64,000 nucleotides of DNA from Podarcis gaigeae (Eukaryota): NCBI GenBank assembly GCA_964106915.2, contig OZ066919.1; one strand, given 5' to 3'. Every line of letters starts with the position of its first letter. The first letter of the stretch is position 1. Made by a program: the position numbers and the translations under genes. The notes beneath the pieces are model-generated. The model ran no database searches. It was not told where the DNA came from and saw nothing but the letters and a program-made list of their open reading frames with translations. This document shows positions 13,450 to 25,800 of this stretch, piece after piece.

Positions 13450-14100
13450 AGGGCAAAGGCGACGTCTCTCCAGAGGCTGAGACTCCCACCCACCGCTGGC
13501 CCCGCCTCAGAGTGGGAAAAAGAGAACTGGGGAGATCCGTCGGAAGAACGAGGTGGGCAACCTCAGAAGGGAGTCGGGTAAGGGAGGTTCGCCTCCACCC
13601 AGTCGGGCTAAGGTAGGTGGGGAACCAGCAGGATCTGGGGTGATCTTTGCAAGCCCTGCGCCGACCAGTCCTGCGCCGCCCCCCCCCCCCCGGCTGAGCA
13701 CCCAGTAGTGTGGCCTGGCCAAAAGACCCCGCCTGAGCAACTGCCTGCCACGAGGGGGCCGCTCCCCTCTCGGATTGGCACCCGTTTTCCCACGATTGCT
13801 GGGGTACGGGCTGAAGTTTCCTCCAGTCGTAGGTAAAAGAGCACTTGCAAAAGAGAAAAGTCCCCCTGTGCAAACTTGCACATCGCGACACGCCCCCCTC
13901 CGCTTGCGCTTCTGACTCGTTTTTAGCACTAGCACGAGGATTTCCCCATCGCCCAGTCCAGTCTGTCTCTGCATTCCCGCCGCAAGGGGGACTTTCTTCC
14001 CAGTTCCGGGATGTAGTTCCGTCTGTTTGCACAGCGAAATGCTTTCCATGCAGATTATCTGGCCGCGCTTGGGGACCGTTTGATGTGGGATCTGTGGTGG
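13450..14100. promoter_or_regulatory. CpG-island promoter, probably of the TMEM205-like gene
   Basis: High GC/CpG content; GC box ccccgcc near 13727, inverted CCAAT (attgg) near 13774, ETS plus ACTACA-like cluster ttccgggatgtagttccg at 14004-14021; candidate donor G|GTAAGC at 14308 for a non-coding first exon. Confidence 0.7.
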
Positions 14101-16038
14101 TGGATCCGCTGCTTTTGAGTGTTGTGCTTGGTTCTTGATCGTATCCTTTCCGACCCTGCTTATTTTGATGGTAAAGATGCCATTCTTGTTTTGGGATCTG
14201 ATCCGGCAGCTTTGCTAGTGTTTGTGTTTCTGAGATTCTAGCATTAGGCGGCGGGGAGTCTGAGTGACACACTGAAAAACGCACCAGTGCAACATTATTC
14301 ATCGGTGGTAAGCAAAGTTTTGTTTTGAAGTTAATATTTCAACTTGCTAGTCGCTGAACACCCGTTTGAAATGTCTTTGGCCACCCACTCGGCTGCAGCA
14401 CCTGCTGTTCTTTCAGACTAAAGGGACGTGACAGTACTGCTATACTAAGGATCAAGAGTGCAATTTATAATCGTGGGATTCCTTTATGCAGAGTTCTTGC
14501 TCATGTACTCCTAATTGCAATTTATCTGAGAATCCCTTGGGGAATACAGTATTTGTCTTTTACTAGCCTCCAAGTTTTCCTTTTGTGCTGCAGGTTGAAG
14601 GGATGAGGAAGACAAGTGTCAGCTTAAGTGTTTCTCTGAAAGTAAACTGCCCATCTTGAGGTACTTAGAAGTTTAAGGAGTGGGAAAAACCTGTTACTCT
14701 CCTAGTTTGCTTTTCCTATATTATATGCAGTATTCTGTTCAGATGAGGATGTGCATTACCCTGCTGAAAATATTTTACTGCTTGGAATAAGGAGCATGTT
14801 GCTGCAATCCCTAACAATTTGAGTCACTTCCCATGACGTCTCTCAAAGCAGTTTCACAATACAATAAAAACCATGTAAAACCATTTCAAATAAATTCAGG
14901 TATGGACTCTTTTGTTATAGCAAGTGGCTTTCATGAGCAGCTATCAGTCGGGATCTACATTTGTAGTTGATTCTCCACCTGGGGGTCTGTAACGGCAAGT
15001 GTATTTTTGGTAGGTGGTTGGAGGATGACGAGGTGGGATGGCTGCAGGACCTGCTACAGACAATTACTGAATAATTTTTTTCATCCCTGCTTGTGGCTTT
15101 CTAGATACTAATGATGTAGGAGTTTGAGTTTCTGTTAGCCCACACCATTCTAATGGTTTTAGCCCATACTAAAATTTACATTTATGCCCTTTGCATCCAC
15201 TTTGTTACAGCACTCTGGACATTTAAAGAATTTCTCCATAATAATTGATGTGCCCCTCACTGGCAACCACCACACATGGAACATTTCCTCTAGCAGGGTT
15301 TCCCAAACTTGGGTCTCCAGCTGTTGTGGGACTACAACATAAATTTGTGACATTGGAAGTGGCCCTAATTTTTGGTAGGCTGAAATAATTGCTTTGAACT
15401 AAATCCAGACCAACTTTACGCAGCCTAAGCATTGACTGGGGTCAGAATTTACCTGAAGTAACAGAGAAGCTTCCCTCCACTGTAATTTGAAGGCCATGGA
15501 ATAAATGCTGGAAAAAATAAATAAAAAAGAAGCCTGTGTTCCAAGTCCTTAAGAATGCAACCCACATCCCTCTGTAATCACTGGTTAAATGCTCATTGGC
15601 ATTAATGGTTCCAGGTGTTGCCCAAAGCCTTTAAAACCTGCACCTGGCTTTATGGTGGCATATGGTGTGCTGACCTGGCCATCTTTTTATCAGTGTAGTT
15701 AAAAGGGGAGGCTATGAGTGCCACTGTTCACAGATGTCTCAGAATAGCTTTCTCTTGGGAGCACTGGCTGAGAATTTTGTTAAGCACTATTAGCTGGTCC
15801 ATTTAAATTCAACTCCTTCACAGCAGCAATACAAAACATATACCCCTAAGAAATGTGGTGTGAGAGAGAACACATGTGACAATTACACTTTAATTTTGAG
15901 GGGACAGGACATTTCTGACTACTTTGAAGCTAAAGTAACTTTCTTTTGCCTCTCAGTGTGTCTGAACAGGTAAAACCAGTGTCTCCCAAGTTGAAGTTTG
16001 GCCAAGGGAGTTGCAAGCGACTATCTTCTTGAAGTACC

Positions 16039-17738
16039 ATGTCCACAGATGCTGATCCCTCGACCTTAGTGAAAGTGCTCCACTTGGTTTTCCTTTCAAC
16101 TTTCTGGGGAATGCAGATCTGGGTGACTTTTATAGCCAGTAGGTTGGGACCGTTCCACAGCCCCCCTCTTTGCACACAGATGCTTAAAGGCCAAATTAAT
16201 CACAGTTAATTTATTTAGGGAGGGATTCAACATTTGGAGCAATGGGAGTGCTCTGCACTGGCATATGCAGTGAATTCAGAAAGGGGAAAAGGGCTACTTT
16301 AGCTTGGCAGTAAGATGTAGGCTGGGCAAATAGGGATAACATTGGCCGGCAAGAAGATTTACTTTCTGGATTGGTGAGTCTATATTCCTAGACACCAAGC
16401 AGCTGAATGATGATGATGTGAAGGTAAAACCACCAAGTGTGGAAAATCCTAATAAACAATGGAAATAAGCACAGCTGTCAACTTTTGGATTTGAAAATAA
16501 GGGATCAGCAGCCTCACCTGTCCCAGGGACAGTCTATGGGATATCTAACAATCCGGGATAGCAGCGGAAAGCAGCGCTGAAATAAGGGAATTTCCCGCAA
16601 AAAAAGGGAATGTTGACAGCTACGGAAATAAGCCAATCTGAAGCTAGAAGAGATTATCTAAAACTGTATACGTCTGCTAATTTTGCATCCAATGGTTTTT
16701 TTAAAAACAGCTATTCATTATTATTTTTAGCATTTAAATAACCTTGTTCCTTTGTGTTCGCCCCACTTGTTCTTGCAGGTTTTGTGATGGGCAACAATCT
16801 CTCACAACATACATTCGGATTCATTCAGAGTTGCCTCTTCCCGTATTACTTCCACATTGGCTCAGCTTGTGCTTTCATCAACCTGACCATATTTGCCATG
16901 TGTCACCCCAGCGAACTTCTCAATGAGGAAGAAACCATGCAGGTAGTGGGCTCCCTCTTTTAAATATCACATGCATCCATTCGTTCGCCATTCTGCTTTG
17001 TTACATGGCCTCGCTTGTGATGGCATGCCTGCCTTAGGAAGAAGTGGTTGGACTGAGAAGCCACCCACGCTTACTAGCAGGGCACTCCTTGTGTTTCCTG
17101 TAACTACCACCACGGCTGGTAGGGGGTAGTATTGAGACAGTAGGTGGTGGGGCAGAGCAGCAAAGGAGCACAGTTTGGTGACTTGGCACAGGAACGGAAC
17201 ATCCTGCACCAAAATATACCCTATTAATCCTAATTTGAAAATGCAATGGCAGGGCCAACCCACAGGGTTATTTTAAGGATGATATGAACTGCTGGGGCCA
17301 CAGGAACCTGCCTAGGTACCAGCCATGAATCTAAATATTATTCCTGCAAAGCGATTGCAGCTACATGTGATATGAAAACCCCCACATACTAGCTGATGCT
17401 ACCAGACAATGAATAGTATAACTATCTTTCCTTTCCAGATTACAGTCTTCTTCATTTGTGTCATAGTTGCTGCTCTAAACGCTCAGTGGTTTGGGCAAGT
17501 GACTTCAGATATTATGGCCGAAATGCACCTGATTGAGCAAAGCTATGGCTTGGGAGAGGATGCTGGGTGGTTCCCGCAGAAGTCCTTTATGCGGCTGCGT
17601 CAACTGGATTCTCATTACAGGGAGCTGACAAGCAGACTGAGCATCTATCATGGTTTCTCTTCCCTCTGCAACCTGTGCTGCATCGCATGCAATGGCTTGA
17701 GCCTCTACTATATGGCTGCTCACCTTTCAACATTATAA
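16039..17738 (+). CDS. TMEM205-like multi-pass membrane protein (DUF4149 family), 187 aa, 3 coding exons
   Basis: Exons 16039-16138 (MSTDADPSTLVKVLHLVFLSTFWGMQIWVTFIA), 16779-16942 (FVMGNNLSQHTFGFIQSCLFPYYFHIGSACAFINL...) and 17439-17738 (ITVFF...YHGFSSLCNLCCIACNGLSLYYMAAHLSTL*). GT-AG introns; 564 nt in frame. Motifs WGMQxWVTF, HTFGxxQSxLFPxYFHI and YHGxSSLCNL match recalled TMEM205. Confidence 0.92.
16470..16624. mobile_element. hAT-type MITE in TMEM205-like intron
   Basis: TIRs cacagctgtcaac / gttgacagctacg; 8-bp TSD gaaataag at 16462-16469 and 16625-16632. Confidence 0.85.
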
Positions 17739-19891
17739 GCACATGGGTAAATAACCTGCATGGGCATGATTGTGAAAAGATGGACTGCAAATGGCAGAAG
17801 CCATGGCCTGGGTTGCTGTAGAGTGCTCCTCCAAGCAGGATTCACAGGTGCTTGGATCACCCTGTTCTGAGTGTAGCATGCTATACATTTTCCAGCCATC
17901 ATTGGGTTGGCGGCCCATGCACTAATCAACCTTTCATAGAACACTGGACTCCTTGTTGATCAATGAGACATCTCATTGTAATAGTAATACTTGGTCACAC
18001 AATTATGAGACAATTTAAATGCCACCCAAATACTTGATGCAAGTAACAGGTTTCTTTTTGAAAATGAAAAATTCGTAAGCAGATACCTACAGCTGAAAAA
18101 GGATTTGTCACTTCATCTGCCCTCTGCTCACCTTAGTCTTCTAAAGGACCAGATATTAACCTTTTAAGGTGGCTGCAGCCTTGATAGTTATGGGTATCAG
18201 CTTAAGGGCACCTATGACTTCCTAACTGTGCTTGCTCTAGTCCAGAGAAAATCTCTTCTGATATCAAATATATTTGATCCCAACTTCTGAAAAGGTAAAA
18301 TGCTCTTCCCAGCCAAAAGGTGACTGGTTTTTAATTCTACCATGGATTATATTAAAGCATTACGTTCCAAAGAGCAACAACAGATGAGGTAATAAAACGA
18401 AATCTAACTGAAGTAATGAATTTGTTTCCCAGCCGAAAGTGCCTTATTGTAAAACGCTCCTGTTCTTTGTTTGCTATACAACAGAGGTCTAGTTTCAAAA
18501 CTCAAGCAGCAGTTTGGTACCTCCTTTTCCCTGGAGACAAGCACTAACCAAGGTTGTTCAGGTAATACTTGCCCTTCTATATAGGTTGAACTCAGGAGTA
18601 AGTTGCTGTACAGCACATCCCTTGCCTTATATGCCTTAAGTTGCGTTTACTGGATCTTCCCACCTCCATGAAAAGTGACGTGAGTTCCAAGTTCAGAAAG
18701 CACTTGTATGAGAGCACTTCAAAAACAATTAAGCTGTATACAGAGGGATGCCAAAGATAGACTCAGTGTGAAGGCGCATCCTTGAGATATTGTACTCTTG
18801 AAACAAGTCATTTTATGTGGTTTTTTTTACTTCTTGTATATTAGCAGCATGGAGAAGGATGCTACTGTGGCCACAATTTTAGCAATTGGGTAGGCGTAAG
18901 AAATGTACCTCCGGAAATTAAAACCATAATTTAGAACATATAAAATGTGCCCAGCTCCTTTTAAAACCTATTTTGGATAGGTTAATGCGATCGTGTCACA
19001 GCAAAAAGCCAGCAAAATTGTAAAGCTCTCAACAATGGCATTCCACATTCCTATGCTGAAGTGCACAAGACAGTAGTGAATAAATCGCAGCTGTGGTTTA
19101 ATCTCAGTGCCTATTGAGCAGGCAAACGCTCTGAATGAATCTATTGGAAAAGTAACAACAGGTGGCAGGCATTTAGGGGTCCCCCTCCATATTCTAACTA
19201 TTCCTAAAACAGAATTGTTAGCTGTGCTTGCATAGCACTGGATGCAAGTATGCTCCCTGACCCCTAGATACACTTATTTTATGGCACTTAAATCTGTAAA
19301 GTTATACTGTGTTGCCCCAAGCTGCAAGTAGAAGCCCCATTAAGATTAACACGGTTTATGGCAAATTGGATATTTCAAGAACTAATCAGATATTAGGGGG
19401 GGGGGGGGAGGGAGAATCTGTTTCTCTCAAGCGAAACTCAGTGAATAATGTAACAGGAGCCCTGCTGAATCAGGTGAAAAAGAGGCCCATATAATCCAGC
19501 ATGTCGTACTCACAGTGCCCAAGCAGATACATGCAAGATGCCTGCATGCAGGACCGAAGTGCCACAGCCTTCTCCCCACCTGTGATACTCCGCAACTGGT
19601 ATTCAGAGACATAACTGCCTTTGACAGTGGAGGGTGAGGTTTTCTACTTAACGTATGCCCTGTTTTGTTCTATTCCTTCACTTTTAAGGAAATGTGAACG
19701 ATGCTTATTCACTCCAATTAAATAGAAGTGCAGGTGCAGTTTCTGTGGTTAGGATTAGGAAATCTGCCATCTCAATTGTTGTAGAAGAAGATACATGTGT
19801 ACGAAATGTTCCGTCTTTTAGTTTAGAAATCTAAAGAGGCCTTGTTTCATTATGTGTTGTATTCCACTCCCAACCCCCTCAAAATGTTCAT

Positions 19892-22800
19892 TCACTTTAG
19901 CCAGTGGACTTTCTTCCCAAAGAAGTAGTTTTTAGAGAAAGGTGCACGTTTCACCAAAACCAAAAAGGTAGGAGTCCCAGCTTTTATGAAGTACCTGCAG
20001 AAACAATTAGAAAGTCAACCTCCAGTCTTGGCTCACAACATTTTAAGATAACCTATATGCTTGTGTTTGTGCATGCATGTTTGCTTACACTACCATCCCA
20101 TTTCCCCACCCCATTCCACACTGAAAAATACTGGAATAACTTGATAGGTTAGATCCTCACCTGCTCTACAAATTTGGAAGAAGATAGGACAGAAACATAA
20201 TATGGGTGGGATTCACCTAACAAGCCCAGTCAGCAGAAGCTCTTATGCCCAGAAATTGGCTCTGGGCAGGGGTCAGGAGAACCTGCAGAATAGCGCACAG
20301 TGGAGAGAAAGGTGGGCTTCATTCTGTCTGGCAAGCTGAAATGTTTGCACAGAGGGAATGCTCACCATGGCATGATGCTCAAGTCCATCACCTGCTTTGA
20401 CTGTTGGAAAATCTAATAGGCTAGGTTGGTAAGAAGAGATGTCCCCGCTGCGAAGATCCATGACATTCTAAAAGTTCAGGCAGGAGCAACTGCAGCAAAT
20501 TACCCTTTCTTTAGAAGCTGATCACCTAACCTTTTGCTACAAGGCAGTATAAAAATACAGCCACCTTTCAGTGAAATGGCTATGCATTGTTATTCCCGTG
20601 TCACGTCTAGCTGGTTCCACTAAGAGAAAACTGAGGCAGCCCTGTAGTGAAATGGATGAATAAGCTTCAGCTGAAGCGGACACCTCTAATCTGAAGTGAC
20701 AACATATGGGCAGTTTTGTTGGCTGTTGATATCTAAGACTACTGTATCCTTAACAGCAGAATCTGCTGACGAACAATTATTTCTCTGTCAGATTACTGTT
20801 AGACAAAAAAAAACCTTCTTGATTTTTTGAAGCAAGTAGATGGATCCTGTTGATTCAACATTACACATGTGTCATTTTGACAATAAAGATGAGTAACATG
20901 CAGTCCCCAGCTCAGAATCTCACCTTTGGTGCTGCAGCGCTTGTAGCAATGTGGTTTCTGTGTCTATCTGGTATATCTCTCCTTTTTCTTCATCCTCAAA
21001 ATACAGCTGTGCAATTTAATATGAGAGACAAATCGACTAAATATGTGAACGAGGACAAGCAACATTACCTGTAAGGCTTAGTACGATATTTATGCAGGTC
21101 AGCAGGGCATCCGTAATACTAACAACCAACAACTCATGTGATGGAAAACCCTTTTTATTGCTTCCGTTTGAGACTGCAGTTTATTAGGGCAAGTTCTGGG
21201 AGTCCAGAATTGTGGTAGTTTAGGGGTTGTTTTTTACCGGATTTAATTTTATTTCTATTTATTGCTTGCCATATACTTCAAGCCTTTGGAAGAGCTAAAT
21301 AAATGAATTTTTATTCAAGCCTACAAATCTAAGTACTTAATGGAAGTTTTAAAACAATTTTGCAGTTGTTTATGGATAACACAACCCTCTGATTTGAGAT
21401 TATTCTCTGCCTGTCTGACCTATCTGTGGCTATATCAGGGTTGGGGAGTTTGGCCCTCCAGATGTTTTTGGACTGCAAATCCCATTAACCCCAGCATAGC
21501 CAATGATCAATGAAGATGGTAATTTTAGACCCAACAGCATTTGAAGAGCCATAAGTTTCCCATTCTTCGCCTGGGATGCAGGTAGAGGCTGACTTAGGCT
21601 CTGTCAAACTCCACGATGAAGCTGTTGCTTAGTATACTGTTGTGTGAAGGCAAAAAGTGTGGTTGCTCTCTCAATCTTTGCTGGAAGGCTCCTTTTTACT
21701 CCCTCTAACCTCAGTCTTTCTGTCCCCTCTCTCTCCACCTCTGCTAGAGCCCATTGCTCCCCTCCCGCCCCTCCTTAGGGTACAAAAGGTCTAGACTCCA
21801 GGCATCCCACATGGGGCTACACTGCTCAGGGTTATATATATTAGAATATCCATTTTAAGAAAGGACAGATAAATGCCAAAAGGCGTTGTATCTTACCTCC
21901 AGTTCACTAGGAATATATTTCTTTTCTACATCCCAGGGAGGTAGTTCTTCAAACATGACCATTAAGTGGTCAATAAATCTGAAACACAAGATGCATCATG
22001 TTACTCTCCAAGCCATTAAGTTCAGCTTCAGCAACTACTAGAGTTGAATTCAAGTAGATACTGTACACTGACGCTTTTGGAATTCAAAGCAATGTAGCTT
22101 CATTAAAGGCTGCTAACCAACGCAGTATTTTTTTAAATTAAATTATTCAATGCTTTTTTCAAAATAGGCATGCTCAGGAAGATCATAAATCTATTCTCTT
22201 ATTTAAGGTTAATCCAAAAATAACTACTTTCTCACAGCACTGCTCAGAGTCTCTAAAATAGCTCACAACCACCACTTCATATAAACATGCTCTAAGACTC
22301 CAAAAGTTTTGGACCACAACTTCCATCATCCCTGTCCATTGCCCATGCTGGCTGGGGCTGAAATGAGTTGTAGCCCAAAACATTTGATGGAAGGCATCAG
22401 GCCGGGGAAGACTTGTTCAGACATTACTGAGATTAGCAGATGAGGCTGGCAGGCATGCTCCTACTCTTCACATTCAGAGCATCTCAATGGTCTTACCAAA
22501 GTACTGGAAAACACATCAAATAAAATGTGTGAATTGAACCCACTGTCTCCTCCCTTCCATATTATGTTCATTTGTATTTATATAAATTCAGCTTTAAAAA
22601 ACAACCACCTCGATTCTTCATGAAAAGAGGAGATGAAGTCACTTTGCCCATGCTCGGGATACAGGAACAGCACAGGCCAGGTTAGGCTGCCATTCTCATC
22701 TAAACAGACTTTGGCACCGATATCATTTTCTGAGCCAAGTCCATCTAAAGACATCTCAGCCAGGTCTGCTGATATTGTTGTGTCTTCCTTAGAGGATGCT

Positions 22801-25800
22801 AGAGACAATTTGATGTTCCGATCCTATATCGGAAGAAAAAAGAAAAAAATAATGAGGCAAGTATCCACATCTTTACACATTAAAAATTTCCAGGGGCAAT
22901 TCTTCCCACCAAAAGAAAAAGTTACCTTGATAGCTTTGAGTAAGGCCTCCTTCCGAGACTGTTCCCTCTTCTCCTGCAATTTAGCTTTTCTGAAATCCCT
23001 CTCTTCAGTGCGCTGAAAGACAAAGCTACATCGTAACTGTGGGGAGGAGATTGCTGTTCCACCAGTCTTAGTCTACTGTATAAACAGGTTTCCATTTGCC
23101 CCCTTCTAACCTTTAGTCTATCAGCTTTAGCTCTTGTTTCCAGAAGTTTCTTTTCTTTTGGATCTATTCTCAATCCCTCCTCGCACCATGTTATGGCTTC
23201 AGAGAAGTGTTTAAGTTCCAAATGGCACAGTGCTCCTAGAAAAGCAAGTTTGTTTCACATATGTCCGCAGCAAACACAGATACACTCAACTAATTTTTAA
23301 AACATCAGTGTGGCAAACAGGGAGGTACACTTACACTGGTCAATTTGTTTCCAGACTGAAGGCACTGAAGAGCCATAGAGGCCTGAATTCTAGGCTGACT
23401 TTTATTTATTTTCTTACATTTATGCCCTACTTTTCTTCCATCATATAACCTAGCATGACCCTACATTTATTATTACGGTACTTTTAGAAGTATTTATAAC
23501 CCACTCTTCACCGACTATTTTCAATCTCAGAGCAGGGAGCCACATAACAAATAATAAAAACATGTCCAGTAAATAATAACAAATTTACAGCTAAACTACA
23601 ATAAGGGCAGCAATTGCAAAGATCTCCCACACCTCTTCCAAAGTAGCAACACCACAAAAGAAGAAGAAGAAGAAAAAAAGACAAGGGTGGCAATAAGCCT
23701 CAACTCTTGTTTATTTCTTCTTCCTGGTCCCAACAAAACTCACAGGGCTCAAATTTGGTAGGGCTGCTGGGAAGGATGCGGCAGGTGGATTTGTGAGCAT
23801 CTCCCATCTCTCTCTTTACTAGCGAGCACAAACAGCATTCAGCATCCTCCCATGGTTCCCAGATGCTAACTAGACCAAGACCTGCTTTGCTTCATTGGAA
23901 TGGTGGTGGTCTCATGTGCCTTCAGACCACATGCTGCCCCTAACATACTACAAATAACTTTGTTCCAAGGTTCCCATGCTTCTTTCTTCTCTCTATCTCA
24001 AGTAGACACAACCCTTTTAAGTTGCATTATGTTAATATTTCATGGCACTTTGAAAGTTTACTTTTCAAGAAGTTTACTTTTATTGCTGTTATACAGTGCC
24101 CCCACTTTCTTAATTACACGGAGGCCTTTATTAAAATGCAACTGTTGAACGTTCTTTTACCTCTTGTAATTGCCTTGAGGTGAGTGGGTTTCAGTTTTCT
24201 TGCTGCGATAGCATCATTGAGAGCAGAGCGATAGTTACCTAAACAAAACATACCTCTGTAAAACCTGGGTCATTACATTGGATTTGTAAAGGAGGCTGGC
24301 AAATTGCTCCCTAAGAAACACTGGGCTACACTGAGGCAAGACACACAAGGTCTTCAAATATGACATTAATTTATATGGGTAATGAAAAGAGGAGGCATTA
24401 TAACAGATTTCAAAAGCTGCCCCTCTTTTTTATAAATGTATTTGATAAATAATAATTTGATTTTGTTGCAAAAACTTCAACACAACCTATTACTTCTTGG
24501 CTTTCTTTTCAGACTCTGTATTTGAGGCTATTCATCCCTACTAAAAACCAACAGCCCTCAATTCTTTTATTTATCCAGACTAGCTGCTCAAGAGACATCT
24601 CTGCTTGCACATACTGAGTCTTGGGACCTGGAATACATTGGATCAAATTATGTCTAACAAAATTTAAAGCACTGCAATGTGGACAGTGACAGCCAAACCA
24701 GATGCAATATTATGCATATTTGAGAGTAAGTCCTAATGAACTCAGTGCTGCCTATTTTTTGGGGGGAGCTCCACATACACTGCTAAATTCACATCTAACA
24801 AGGATAAGGGTCTAAAATTTAGCATCCACAATACTACTTGTTTGTTTGTTTAAAAAAAATTCAAAAACAACTTTATGACTGCTGGAACAGCAGTCCTACC
24901 TTTGATATTCTTCTGCTATATAGAATTTGAACTAGGCACAATTTTGAATGCAATACATTACCCAAATAAAACTGGGCTGCAGCTCTGTTTGTATGAAGAA
25001 CAGTATTCAATTCTGGATCATTGCACTTCTTTTTCAATCCTTCTGAATAGGATATCACAGCCTTCTTATAATCCTTTCCCTTGAAATAATCATTGCCCTC
25101 ATTCTTATAGGCCTGGGCTTGAAAAACACCAATAAAGATAAACATTGCAACGTTAGAAAAGCAATTATAAGCACTCCTTTAAAAGTCAAGTTATCTATAA
25201 CAGATAAAGCACAGATCTTATGCTTCCCAGAAAACTCAAGCTAATCAGCCTGCTACACTATGCTTTTTTGCTTTTATACCAAAGGGGGTCAAGGATATTT
25301 CTGCAGCTATTAAAGTTTTTAATGCTATGATAACCTCTCATTTTTTTATGGAGCTGTGTGTGCCAGCCAAGTTAAATTTCTACAAGTCCTATGAGCCCCA
25401 ATATGTATTTTTTGAAATGGGACAGTGCCCTTTCAAGATAAACACTTGGTTGTCAACCTTAAAGCTCTGGCTTAAGATCTTTATTTTCAAAATGGGAATA
25501 CAGTAGGGCCGTCAGCTCATTTATCTGTGGACACCTATTGCAGCATTTGGACAAAGGTTATGACAGAGGCTGTATTTGACTGTCACCCTTTCTCCTTCAA
25601 ATGGGACACAACATAGCACCTGCCTTGGTAAGACAAAGCTGGGATGTCTCTTTTCAAGACATTGAACTGATTGAAATGAAACAATTATGCCCTTTGATTC
25701 CTAGAGAAAGTGTTGCGAGAACAATGTAAATTTCATCAGCTGATACATTTACAGTATGTAAGTGGAGACTACCTTCAGTTGTTTGGTCCTCATCAAAAAT

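Noticed and set aside
13448-14302. 284-aa minus-strand ORF and overlapping ORFs
   Set aside because: They lie in a GC-rich CpG island where stop codons are scarce; no recognisable domain; several frames are open at once
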